From Fidelibacterota bacterium (GTDB lineage Bacteria > Fidelibacterota > UBA2242 > B5-G15): a DNA stretch of 64,000 nucleotides. Location of the stretch: the NCBI GenBank assembly GCA_017656425.1, contig JACDNV010000007.1, forward strand, positions 67,821 through 131,820, written 5' to 3'. The position numbers and the translations under genes were made by a program. Below are positions 1 to 9,060 of the stretch, one piece after another; the first letter of the stretch is position 1, and the number at the start of each line of letters is the position of its first letter. Under the pieces are notes generated by a model that did not search any database, was not told where the DNA came from, and saw only the letters and a list, made by a program, of their open reading frames with translations.

Positions 1-2
1 TT

Positions 3-671
3 GGATGGATATTAAAAGATTGTATTGTAAGAGGAGACAAAAAATTTATTGATAGATGGTTTCGCAACAAACTTTATGTTTTTTATGACCTTGAAGGTAG
101 GATATATGAATCTGCTGATTATTCCTCGAATCCTATTTCTGATATTGTGATGGGAGGTATAGTCAAGTTTATAGGCAAAAAGGAGGATTGGATATTTATT
201 GAGTTGCCTGACAGGAGAAGAGGTTTTATTCCACGATACCAATTGATCAGTTATAATAAATATAAGTCTTTGACACCTTCCTCAAGTCGAGTAGTTCGTC
301 TTGCTAGGAGGATGCTTGGACGTCCATATCTATGGGGTGGGACTTCCACTAAATTCGTTGATTGTAGCGGATTAATACAATTCATTTTTCGCAATCTTGG
401 TATGCTTTTGCCAAGAGATGCTGATATGCAATCGAAGTTAGGAGAACCAGTAGATACCTCAGGAGGATTCTCTAATTTGAAGCCTGGCGATTTACTCTTT
501 TTTGGTAATCAATCAGGTGAAATCAATCATGTTGCTTTATATATCGGTAATCTCGAGTATATTCATGCATCTGGTATGGTCAGAGTAAATAGTCTTGACG
601 AGGAGTCTGAGAATTTTGATAGGAAAAGGAAAGAATCTTTAAAGTTTGTGAAAAGACTAACTATCGATTAG
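3..671 (+). CDS. NlpC/P60 (C40) family cell-wall peptidase, 5' end cut by window edge
   Basis: The frame is open from nt 3 with no stop before the listed ATG at 147, so the gene begins upstream of the window. The C-terminal domain has RPYLWGGTS..VDCSGL (catalytic Cys) and INHVALYIG (His) motifs typical of NlpC/P60. Confidence 0.85.
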   Translation, partial: GWILKDCIVRGDKKFIDRWFRNKLYVFYDLEGRIYESADYSSNPISDIVMGGIVKFIGKKEDWIFIELPDRRRGFIPRYQLISYNKYKSLTPSSSRVVRLARRMLGRPYLWGGTSTKFVDCSGLIQFIFRNLGMLLPRDADMQSKLGEPVDTSGGFSNLKPGDLLFFGNQSGEINHVALYIGNLEYIHASGMVRVNSLDEESENFDRKRKESLKFVKRLTID

Positions 672-696
672 ATAACTGACTCTGGCAAAATATTTA

Positions 697-2886
697 ATGA
701 CAACAAAAAATAATAAAAATATTTACTGGTTACTGTTCCCTATTTTTATCGGAGTAATTTCAATAATAACTCAGAATGTTTTTATCCGTGTCGGTTTAAG
801 TACCTTTCAGGGTAATGAAATAGCTCTATGTATTATAATTGGACACTGGCTTTTGTTGACAGGTCTTGGTAGTAGATTACGTCTGTATTTTAAAAGGAGT
901 TTGAAAAGTGAAAAACTATTTATAAAAATTTCTATGATATTTATTTTTTCCACAGCCGCATCAATTTTATTCTACATGTTTTCAAAAAGATTAATTGGAC
1001 TTCCTCAACAAGAAATTCTTGGAATAATACCTATTTTCGTTATCAGTTTTTCAGGGTTATTGCTACCATGTCTTGCTAATGGCATGTTTTTCCCTCTATT
1101 AGTGGGTGTTTACGAAGAAGACCAGATAGATTTCCCTATAAATAGAGTCTACTCGATGGAGACATTGGGCTCTGCTATAGGAAGTTTACTTTTATGGATT
1201 TTTTTGATATCGGGCATGAATTCTATTATGATAATATTTTTTACTCTCTTATTTTTTTCAATTATTCTTTACCTGGTCTCATGTGGGGAAAGAATAACAT
1301 TCCTGTTTTTGCTAATTATAATCAGTTTACTTCTTGTAGCTTCAAATAAGATTAATTCTTTGATATGGAAGCCTCAAAGATTAGTGGAATATAAGGAATC
1401 GGAGTATTCATCAATTGCGATTACAGATTACTATAATATGAAAACTCTTTATACTTCATCATCACCTGCCTGGATTTTTAATAATTCACAGAGTAGAGAA
1501 GAGATTGTTCATTTTCCGTTGTTACTTTGTGATAGACCAGAAAATATTCTTGTGATAGGTGTTGGAAATTATGAAATGGCATTTGAGATTGCAAAACATC
1601 CAACTATCAAGTATATTTTGATTCTGCAAAAGGATAAAATTCTGCAGGATAGACTTAATGAATACAGCTTTATGTACAGAGATAGTATCAGAAGAGATGT
1701 GAAAATTCAATTTTCGAGTCTTCGTGTTGATGATATTTTAAAGAACGATAGTTACCGTTTCGACGTTGTGATATTAAACCTTCCTTTACCATCGAGTGCT
1801 TATTTAAATAGTTTTTATACAAGTTGGTTTTTTGATAAGATAAAAGATATTATCACGCAAGATGGTATTTTGGCACTCCATTTTCCAGGTGGTGAAAATT
1901 ATTTAAGTGAGGAAAACATTGAATTTTTGAAAATAATAGAAAATACAGTGAAGAAAAGTTTTAAAAAGTTGGTATGGATTCCGGGGTCAACCATTCATCT
2001 TTTAGCTTCCGATAGCATTGTTAATATCTCCTATGATAAAATTATAGAAGAAATTAAAAATAGAAAATTAAACCTGAGATATATACGTGAATATTACCTT
2101 TTTGATAGATTAAATCCCCTGAGGTTTGATTTTCTGAATTCAAATTTAATGAGATGCGATGTAAGAATTACTAATTCACTCCACAAACCGATTGGTTATT
2201 ATTTTACTACCATACTATGGGATAAAAGGACTGGTGGTATTTTAAAGGATTTTTATAAGTTTTTAAATAATATCGATGAAAAAATTATTTACACCCCCTT
2301 AATTTTTTTATTGTTACCGATTTTATTTAGGAAAAGACGGGAAGCGTTGTTGAAAGAATTTATCTTTTCCATTGGATTTATTTCCATGTCAATGATTGGA
2401 TTATACATAATCATATATCAGAGTATGATTGGAGATATTTATATTAAAATTTTATTTTTGAATTTATCGTTTATGGTAGGAGCATCAATAGGTTCCTGGT
2501 TTGCAAAAATATATAATTCTTTCTTTAATAGAATTTATCGATGGTTTTTTTTGTTACTGTTAATGTTGATCCTTGCAGGTTATATTTTTGTTGGTGTGGA
2601 ATTACCAGATTTAATTTACACAGTTGTTATTCCTGCTTTAATTTTAATTACTGGAATTTCCTGTGGCATATTGTTTCCAGTGCTTACGCTAAAAATACGT
2701 TCAATTTCAGGAAGTGATGTCTCATCCAGTTCAGCAGTGGGTTATTCCCTTGATATATTTGGTGCATGTGCAGGTTTGTATCTAATATCCGTAATTATTT
2801 TGCCAGTTTACGGTTTATATGTGTCGCTGAATATTTTATCGGTATATACGATTATTTTATCAATTTTATGTTTCTTTTGTAAGTAA
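697..2886 (+). CDS. fused polytopic membrane / spermidine-synthase-like protein
   Basis: 729 aa. Multiple hydrophobic helices at both ends flank a central Rossmann-like domain (ILVIGVGNYE ... FDVVILNLPLP ... FY..FF ... DGILAL) laid out like SpeE. The architecture resembles what databases call fused MFS/spermidine synthase. Confidence 0.6.
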   Translation: MTTKNNKNIYWLLFPIFIGVISIITQNVFIRVGLSTFQGNEIALCIIIGHWLLLTGLGSRLRLYFKRSLKSEKLFIKISMIFIFSTAASILFYMFSKRLIGLPQQEILGIIPIFVISFSGLLLPCLANGMFFPLLVGVYEEDQIDFPINRVYSMETLGSAIGSLLLWIFLISGMNSIMIIFFTLLFFSIILYLVSCGERITFLFLLIIISLLLVASNKINSLIWKPQRLVEYKESEYSSIAITDYYNMKTLYTSSSPAWIFNNSQSREEIVHFPLLLCDRPENILVIGVGNYEMAFEIAKHPTIKYILILQKDKILQDRLNEYSFMYRDSIRRDVKIQFSSLRVDDILKNDSYRFDVVILNLPLPSSAYLNSFYTSWFFDKIKDIITQDGILALHFPGGENYLSEENIEFLKIIENTVKKSFKKLVWIPGSTIHLLASDSIVNISYDKIIEEIKNRKLNLRYIREYYLFDRLNPLRFDFLNSNLMRCDVRITNSLHKPIGYYFTTILWDKRTGGILKDFYKFLNNIDEKIIYTPLIFLLLPILFRKRREALLKEFIFSIGFISMSMIGLYIIIYQSMIGDIYIKILFLNLSFMVGASIGSWFAKIYNSFFNRIYRWFFLLLLMLILAGYIFVGVELPDLIYTVVIPALILITGISCGILFPVLTLKIRSISGSDVSSSSAVGYSLDIFGACAGLYLISVIILPVYGLYVSLNILSVYTIILSILCFFCK

Positions 2887-2888
2887 GG

Positions 2889-4418
2889 TTAGTCTCTATT
2901 TAAAGTTTCTCTTGAAAATACCTGTGCAGAGAATATACTAATTTCAGTATCTGGGTCTTTCCATGCATTACGAGGTAAACCAGCCTTTAGACATGTGTGT
3001 TCAAGAAAAGTTTCTCTATCCCAACCATATTCCACAGCAACCTGTGGAAGTAATAGTCCCTGATAAAATCCACGTTTTATAATCAGTCCATGTTTACCAA
3101 CCTCTATTTTTTCGGGGTCATCAATTTTTTCAGGAACTGTCAGTACCGATATTTCGACTTCAATATCATCTAATTCATCAGGTGATACTGGTTTGAATCT
3201 GGGGTCATGTAATGCAGCACCTGTAGCTGCTTCTATTACCGTTTTATATAGCGGGTAGACCGGTAGTACATAACCGATGCAACCTCTTAATTCTCCATGT
3301 TTATTTATTGTTACAAAGGCGCCTCTTTCTTCTTTTAACTTATCGGGTACATCATCAGGGTTTGGTTTTGGTTTACCATTTACAACTCTATTAATTGTTT
3401 CTTCTGCCAGTTCTATTAGATAGATCTGATCCTGTTTATTTAATTCCCCTTGTAAAAGAGTTTCTTTTTTATTTTTCTCCCGACTCATTTTGCCTCCACC
3501 TTTTGATTTAAAAATAGCAGCGGCCAAATATCCAACCACTCTATCTTTTGAAGTCGCAGGAACATCACCGCTATTGGCATGTTTTAAAATTTTAATAGAA
3601 TTTATCCCAGCCTTTTTTGCTGCTATTAACGCAGCGGTGATTGCGGCACCACCACAAGCTTCATAATCCTTGGATATTAGTCCATAATAAAATTTTTCTG
3701 GGTCCATATTTTTCAATTGTCTGATCAATCTTCCATCTATTTTATTGCATTCTTCATATGAGTGATAATGAGACAGATCGCTTGATACGACAATTAGGAT
3801 ATTATCATTTTTCAAAGTTTCTCCCAGCTTATTTCCAAGTGCCTGTATGACCTTATAATTCATTGTGCCGATTATAATTGGTACAATTTTGATATCTGAT
3901 TTTATCACCTGAATAAACGGCAATTCAACCTCAAGACAGTGTTCCCCTCTGTTAAATGCAGGACCTAAATGTCCCCTATTTGAAAGTTTGATGTATTTTT
4001 CGTTATTAGTTATTTCTTTCGAAAGATCTTTATTAATAGGTATTTTGCCAAGAGGTGTTTCGTAATAATCTCCATTGTATACTGATGCAAATTCGAAGTA
4101 ATCAATATGAGAAGGACCGATAAGAATTATTGTCCCGTAGTCGAAAGGTCTTATTTCCTTAAATGAATAGGCAGCAACCTGTCCACTATAAATGTAGCCT
4201 GCGTGGGGACAGATTAGAATATTAGGTTTGGATTTTAGTATTGGTTCTCCAGCTTTTTCTAAGAAGTTATTAATCATTGCTTTAAGTTCATATTTATTAG
4301 AAGGATAGAAAGCACCCGCAGCTACCGGTTTACGCACCTGTGGATAGGTATTTACAATAAAAATACAGAAAATAGCGATAATGATTAAAGCTACCTTTTT
4401 ACATAAATTGTCAATCAT
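2889..4418 (-). CDS. fused Memo-like (AmmeMemoRadiSam protein B) + AMMECR1 (protein A) protein with N-terminal hydrophobic leader
   Basis: The N-terminal half has Memo hallmarks (RKPVAAGAFYP, ICPHAGYIYSG, SSDLSHY). The C-terminal half has AMMECR1 hallmarks (GAFVTINKHGELRGCIGY, DPRF.PV, ISVL). I chose the ATG at 4418 because it forms an ATGA overlap with the upstream stop at 4415-4417. The leader is MIDNLCKKVALIIIAIFCIFIV. Confidence 0.85.
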   Translation of the reverse strand: MIDNLCKKVALIIIAIFCIFIVNTYPQVRKPVAAGAFYPSNKYELKAMINNFLEKAGEPILKSKPNILICPHAGYIYSGQVAAYSFKEIRPFDYGTIILIGPSHIDYFEFASVYNGDYYETPLGKIPINKDLSKEITNNEKYIKLSNRGHLGPAFNRGEHCLEVELPFIQVIKSDIKIVPIIIGTMNYKVIQALGNKLGETLKNDNILIVVSSDLSHYHSYEECNKIDGRLIRQLKNMDPEKFYYGLISKDYEACGGAAITAALIAAKKAGINSIKILKHANSGDVPATSKDRVVGYLAAAIFKSKGGGKMSREKNKKETLLQGELNKQDQIYLIELAEETINRVVNGKPKPNPDDVPDKLKEERGAFVTINKHGELRGCIGYVLPVYPLYKTVIEAATGAALHDPRFKPVSPDELDDIEVEISVLTVPEKIDDPEKIEVGKHGLIIKRGFYQGLLLPQVAVEYGWDRETFLEHTCLKAGLPRNAWKDPDTEISIFSAQVFSRETLNRD

Positions 4419-5545
4419 TTCCAGACTCCGGGAATATCTTTGCCACAAAATTTGCACTTTCCATCAACTATGTTATTTTCTTTTATTGAAAAACCAAGTC
4501 TTTGAATAAGTAGCTTATTGCAATTAGGGCAGTATGTATTTTCTGCTTGATGACCTGGAACATTGCCTATATAGACGAAATTTAGTCCAGCATCTTTTGC
4601 AGTATTATAAGCTATTTCAAGTGTTTTAACAGGAGTTGGAGGCAGATTGGTAAGTAAATACTCTGGATGAAATCTTGTGAAGTGAATCGGAACATCAGGA
4701 CCTAGATTACTCAATATCCATTTGGACATATTTGCTATTTCTTCTTTTTTATCGTTAAGAGTTGGTATAACCAGGTATACCATTTCAAACCATTTATTGC
4801 TTTCTTTAAGTGTGACGAGAGTATCAAGTACCGGTTTGAGTGTCCCCCTAACTATTTTTTTATAAAAATTATCATTAAATGATTTTAAATCTATTTTCAC
4901 AGCATCCAGTACACCACATAAATCCTGCATCGGCTTTTTATTTATATATCCATTGCTAATCATTACGCTGCGTACATTGTGGTTTTTCCCAAAAGAAGCA
5001 CAGTCATAGACATATTCAGTGAAAACTACAGGTTCTGTATAAGTAAAAGCCATTGTTGGTGATTTGTATTTTACCGCAAGTGATACTAATTGATCAGGTG
5101 GGACAAATTTTGATGGTACCTCTTCAGGTAGCGCCTGAGCAATATTCCAGTTCTGACAAAATTTGCAATCCACATTACAGCCTGCTGTGGCAACCGATAG
5201 AGCATTTGTACCGGGTAGAAAGTGAAATAGAGGTTTTTTTTCTATAGGATCGATATGAATTGCTACAAGCCTACCGTACACTAGTGTATAATATGTACCG
5301 TTTTGATTTTCCCTTACATCGCAATAACCTCGGTTTCCATCGGATACAAAACATTCTCTTGGGCAGAGCTGACATTGAACTATATTTTCTTCAATCTTCT
5401 TGTAATATCTTGCTTCTTTTTTATAAGGTTCTTTTAGGTCTGCCAGTAATTTTTCCGGGAGCAGCTTGGTGTAACTAACAGTCAGTGCTATCCCGGCTCC
5501 TGTGTATTTCAAAAATTTTCTTCTATCCAATACTTTGTTTGCCAT
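4415..5545 (-). CDS. AmmeMemoRadiSam-type radical SAM enzyme with twin-arginine signal-like N-terminus
   Basis: It has a CNVDCKFCQNW (CxxxCxxC) radical SAM cluster motif and the N-terminal Cys-rich CQLCPRECFV..GYC typical of this PflA-like subfamily. It is adjacent to, and translationally coupled with, the Memo/AMMECR1 gene. The N-terminus DRRKFLKYTGAGIALTV matches the Tat consensus (S/T)RRxFLK. Confidence 0.85.
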   Translation of the reverse strand: MANKVLDRRKFLKYTGAGIALTVSYTKLLPEKLLADLKEPYKKEARYYKKIEENIVQCQLCPRECFVSDGNRGYCDVRENQNGTYYTLVYGRLVAIHIDPIEKKPLFHFLPGTNALSVATAGCNVDCKFCQNWNIAQALPEEVPSKFVPPDQLVSLAVKYKSPTMAFTYTEPVVFTEYVYDCASFGKNHNVRSVMISNGYINKKPMQDLCGVLDAVKIDLKSFNDNFYKKIVRGTLKPVLDTLVTLKESNKWFEMVYLVIPTLNDKKEEIANMSKWILSNLGPDVPIHFTRFHPEYLLTNLPPTPVKTLEIAYNTAKDAGLNFVYIGNVPGHQAENTYCPNCNKLLIQRLGFSIKENNIVDGKCKFCGKDIPGVWK

Positions 5546-5631
5546 AATAAACTAAGATCAATTTATATAAACATAGTGTTTTTGTCAATTATGATGAAAA
5601 AGTTCCTATTAAAATGAAAAAATTTTTACAA

Positions 5632-7164
5632 TTATGTGGAGTAGCGTCTTTCACCTTCTCTAATCACTATGATCCCTGGCTCTCCATCGATGGGACATTT
5701 ATATTCGCAAATACCACAACCTATGCATAATTCCGGGATAACGTATGGGTAGTATACTTCCATGTATCGGTTGTATTGCTTATTAAAGACTGTTTTCCTT
5801 TCTAATTTTATAGCTTTTTCTGGTACAGGGCAGTGTTCTTCACAAACTATACAATTATCATCAAGTCTATAGGGTATGCATCTATCTTTCTGAATAACGG
5901 CGGTTCCCATTTTTACTTCTTTTTTTTCATCGATACTAAGAGGTCTTATTGCTCCAGTTGGACACACATTCCCGCATAAGTTACATTCATATTCACAGTA
6001 ACCAACATTATAATTATTTCTCGGTGTCATAAATCCCGTAACCCCAGTTGTTAATATGCTAAATTGGAGACATCCTCCAGAGGTTGAGCATGCTCTTATA
6101 CATCCACCACATCTGATGCATAAATCACGGAACTGATCTTCTTTCACTGCTCCGGGAGGTCTTATTAATCTATCATTGCTAGTTCTATCCGAGCTTACTT
6201 TTAAAATTCCTGCTCCGATTACTGAGAAAATACCAAATTTTAAAACGGCACGCCTAGTTGTACTTGGACCTTTCGCATAGATGAACGGAGAAGTAAACTT
6301 AAATGATATGCTATCCTTTGGACAGTCCTCTGTACAATTCAAACATAAAATACATTCTGATTTATCAGTTGATATATAGTCAGCATTTATGGCATCCATT
6401 TTACAATTTTTCTTGCATAAACTGCAATTAGTACATGTTTCATCAACTTTCCTTTTTAATATACTAAATCGTGAGATGAAACCCAGCAGCGCACCGAGCG
6501 GACATAGATTTCGACACCAGAACCTTTTTGAGATAAAATTTAATAATAATATTGTGATAAATATTAAAAATGGAACCATTAAGTTTGTAAAGGAAGGTGC
6601 ATTTATTGGGAAAAATAATGTTGATATTTTGTCAAATATACTATAGAAAAATTCGGGGAGTAAGTTAATCGAGATGAAAAATTCCGGAATACTTCCTATT
6701 ATTGAATAAAATACTGGGAGAATAAGAATGGCATAAGATCGCCATACTATTGGTATTGGATCAAAGTACCATGATAGTTGATATCCAAATAAGGCAATGG
6801 AGATAAAAAATATTAAAGCGAGGTATTTTACCTTCCTTGTTTTTATTGAACTGGTAGTTCTTTCTCTTTTTATTATATTATCAACAATGTCAATGGTAGT
6901 TCCAAGTGGGCAAATCCATCCACAAAAAGCTCTTCCAAAGATTATAGGGGATAATAGAATTATAATTGAAAGAAGTAATATAGGATTGAAATATCTCGAT
7001 GCAAAGAGGGGACCGACAAGATTGAGCGGGTCGAAGATTACAAATATTTTCGATAAAAAAAATAATTTAAATGGATAGACTGAAACTGCGATGGATATTA
7101 TTAAAAGCCCTAAAAAGGCTAATTGTACGAGTTTTCGAATAAGTATTAGTTTTTTATAGTTCAT
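5632..7164 (-). CDS. fused NapH/MauN-like membrane Fe-S protein + NapG/MauM-like polyferredoxin
   Basis: The N-terminal half has several TM helices and two FCGWICPLG / WCRNLCPLG motifs plus two CxxCxxCxxxCP motifs (NapH-like). Residues about 301-322 read STTRRAVLKFGIFSVIGAGILK, an internal Tat-like motif plus helix. RLIRPPGA and four more CxxCxxCxxxCP-type motifs follow (NapG-like). Confidence 0.75.
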   Translation of the reverse strand: MNYKKLILIRKLVQLAFLGLLIISIAVSVYPFKLFFLSKIFVIFDPLNLVGPLFASRYFNPILLLSIIILLSPIIFGRAFCGWICPLGTTIDIVDNIIKRERTTSSIKTRKVKYLALIFFISIALFGYQLSWYFDPIPIVWRSYAILILPVFYSIIGSIPEFFISINLLPEFFYSIFDKISTLFFPINAPSFTNLMVPFLIFITILLLNFISKRFWCRNLCPLGALLGFISRFSILKRKVDETCTNCSLCKKNCKMDAINADYISTDKSECILCLNCTEDCPKDSISFKFTSPFIYAKGPSTTRRAVLKFGIFSVIGAGILKVSSDRTSNDRLIRPPGAVKEDQFRDLCIRCGGCIRACSTSGGCLQFSILTTGVTGFMTPRNNYNVGYCEYECNLCGNVCPTGAIRPLSIDEKKEVKMGTAVIQKDRCIPYRLDDNCIVCEEHCPVPEKAIKLERKTVFNKQYNRYMEVYYPYVIPELCIGCGICEYKCPIDGEPGIIVIREGERRYST

Positions 7165-7177
7165 TCTATTTCTCTGT

Positions 7178-8086
7178 TTACGAAAAACTATAGACAGCAG
7201 GTTTGTATTTATTTATATCCATTCTACCAAGACCCTGCTCATAAGCATTTTTTATGAAACCTAAATTGGCTGGATTTATTCCAAATATTTGAGCTGACCA
7301 GGCTTCGATGAGTACCCTATCTGTTCCAGCAAGGATTATATTTGCATTTTCTACATCTTCTAATCTACCTCCCTGGGGTCCATGAGCCTTTAATATTCGG
7401 GTGGCATCAACGATAGTTAAAGTTGGCTTGATCACTTTATTTATATCAACGATTTTCTGATCAAAATTTCTATGGATTATTCCTCTATTACCACCTATTA
7501 TACCCATTGTATTTTTAAGCCCTACTGTGATTCCTGGTAACCCATGATGTTTTAAAATCGGTAGGTTTATGTATTTATCTGCTTCCAGAGCTGGCTTGAA
7601 AAATTCCCACTCTTTTAAATCTATACCATCAGGTATCCTTACAGTTGTAAAGTGATAGTCTCTTACATACATCACATCTGCACCAGCTTTACTGGCAGCT
7701 TCCTGAATGCCACTATTTATGTAGCATCTTTTTGTTTCCTGGCAGGTTCTATCTGCAACAATTACCTTTTTTGCGCCAGCATTTAAGCATTCTTCAACGA
7801 CAGTTCTGACTACTTCAGGGTGAGTATTTGCAGCATATTCTGGTGACCTATCCCAGCTTATATTCGGTTTTATAAATACCACATCTCCTCTATTTATGAA
7901 TTTTCTCATACTACCGAGCATTTCTAATGCTTTTTTTACCATTTGCTCTGGTGCCCCATTTTTTACCATTACAAGTTCTTCTGTAAGGGCTGAACCAGAT
8001 AATAATTTATTAATTCTAACAAGAGAGGTTGCTATTAGCAAAATAGAACTTTTTAAAAATTTTCTCCTGTCCATAATTATCCTCAA
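7178..8086 (-). CDS. DUF362 domain protein with twin-arginine signal
   Basis: The N-terminus MDRRKFLKSSILLIATSLV is a perfect RRxFLK motif; the start may be the Met at 8074. The body shares blocks with the paralog at 50011-51168: KPN(I/L), LP(I/K).KxH...GIT...KN..G, and IVDA......GP.GG. Confidence 0.75.
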   Translation of the reverse strand: MRIIMDRRKFLKSSILLIATSLVRINKLLSGSALTEELVMVKNGAPEQMVKKALEMLGSMRKFINRGDVVFIKPNISWDRSPEYAANTHPEVVRTVVEECLNAGAKKVIVADRTCQETKRCYINSGIQEAASKAGADVMYVRDYHFTTVRIPDGIDLKEWEFFKPALEADKYINLPILKHHGLPGITVGLKNTMGIIGGNRGIIHRNFDQKIVDINKVIKPTLTIVDATRILKAHGPQGGRLEDVENANIILAGTDRVLIEAWSAQIFGINPANLGFIKNAYEQGLGRMDINKYKPAVYSFS

Positions 8087-8148
8087 TTTTTAAATAAAAC
8101 CTCTCCATTATTATATTAAAGTGGATATTTATATGCAAGCTATATCTA

Positions 8149-8928
8149 TTAAATTTTTATTAGGAGAACTATTGGATCCTGTTTCTCCTGAATTATAGAA
8201 AATAGTTTAGACTTGTAGTTTTTATGTATTTCATATAATGAGTCATTATTTACATCGTCTGCTATTAGTATGCCATTATTTTTCAAAAGTTTAAATCCTA
8301 TTTCGCATTCCCTTTTCATGTAAAGGTAATTGTGATTTGAATCGTGTATGAAAATATCTATACCTTTAAATTTTTCCATTTGGTTTTTAATTATTCTTAG
8401 GCTTGGACCTCTAAGGAATATCCAGCTCTTTTTTAAGCATTCAGGAATATATAAACCTACCTCTTCTTCGTAGTTTTTGATCAGAGCTGGTAAATCTATG
8501 CTGTAAAGTTTACCCAAGCCATTTAACCTTAGTGCATTAAGTATATAATATGTACTTAATCCTCTTCCAACCCCTGTTTCCAGAATCTTTTCAGGTTTTT
8601 TAACTCGAACTATGAGATAAATTAAAAGGGCAAATTCCCAGCTGGCATCCGAATAGTTTGGGATTGATGATGTTACTTTTGTATCAGGGTAGGGTAATTC
8701 CTCAAACTCTTTAATTAGTTTTAATTCGTCAATTGGATTTATTGATACCTCAAACAATATCTTGTTTATATCGGCTTCATTTTTAATATAATAATCCAGG
8801 TATTTTGAATGCTTTTTAAGGCTATTAGATGGATTATAGCTTGAATACCAGGTATAATAAGCCAGCCATAGTGGATTTTTAAAAGATGTTTTTAAAAGCT
8901 CTTTTAATTCGGATACTTTTTCATTCAT
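8149..8928 (-). CDS. class I SAM-dependent methyltransferase (CmcI/Methyltransf_24-like)
   Basis: It has an ILETGVGRGLSTYY glycine-rich SAM-binding motif, later acidic motifs (YSIDL, IFIHDSNH) and LIADDV. Confidence 0.65.
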   Translation of the reverse strand: MNEKVSELKELLKTSFKNPLWLAYYTWYSSYNPSNSLKKHSKYLDYYIKNEADINKILFEVSINPIDELKLIKEFEELPYPDTKVTSSIPNYSDASWEFALLIYLIVRVKKPEKILETGVGRGLSTYYILNALRLNGLGKLYSIDLPALIKNYEEEVGLYIPECLKKSWIFLRGPSLRIIKNQMEKFKGIDIFIHDSNHNYLYMKRECEIGFKLLKNNGILIADDVNNDSLYEIHKNYKSKLFSIIQEKQDPIVLLIKI

Positions 8929-9060
8929 TTAAATCTTAAAATGACTTAAAAAATCAAATATAAATATACATTTGAGATGATAATTATGCAAAATTGTGGT
9001 TTTTAAAATTTTTAAAAAATAATTAGTTTAATCAGTTGAAATGAGGAGCAATTTATAAAA

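Noticed and set aside
4415-4457. 43-nt overlap between the radical SAM gene and the Memo-AMMECR1 ORF
   Set aside because: It is resolved by using the internal ATG at 4418, which gives a classic ATGA stop/start overlap and a sensible signal-like N-terminus.
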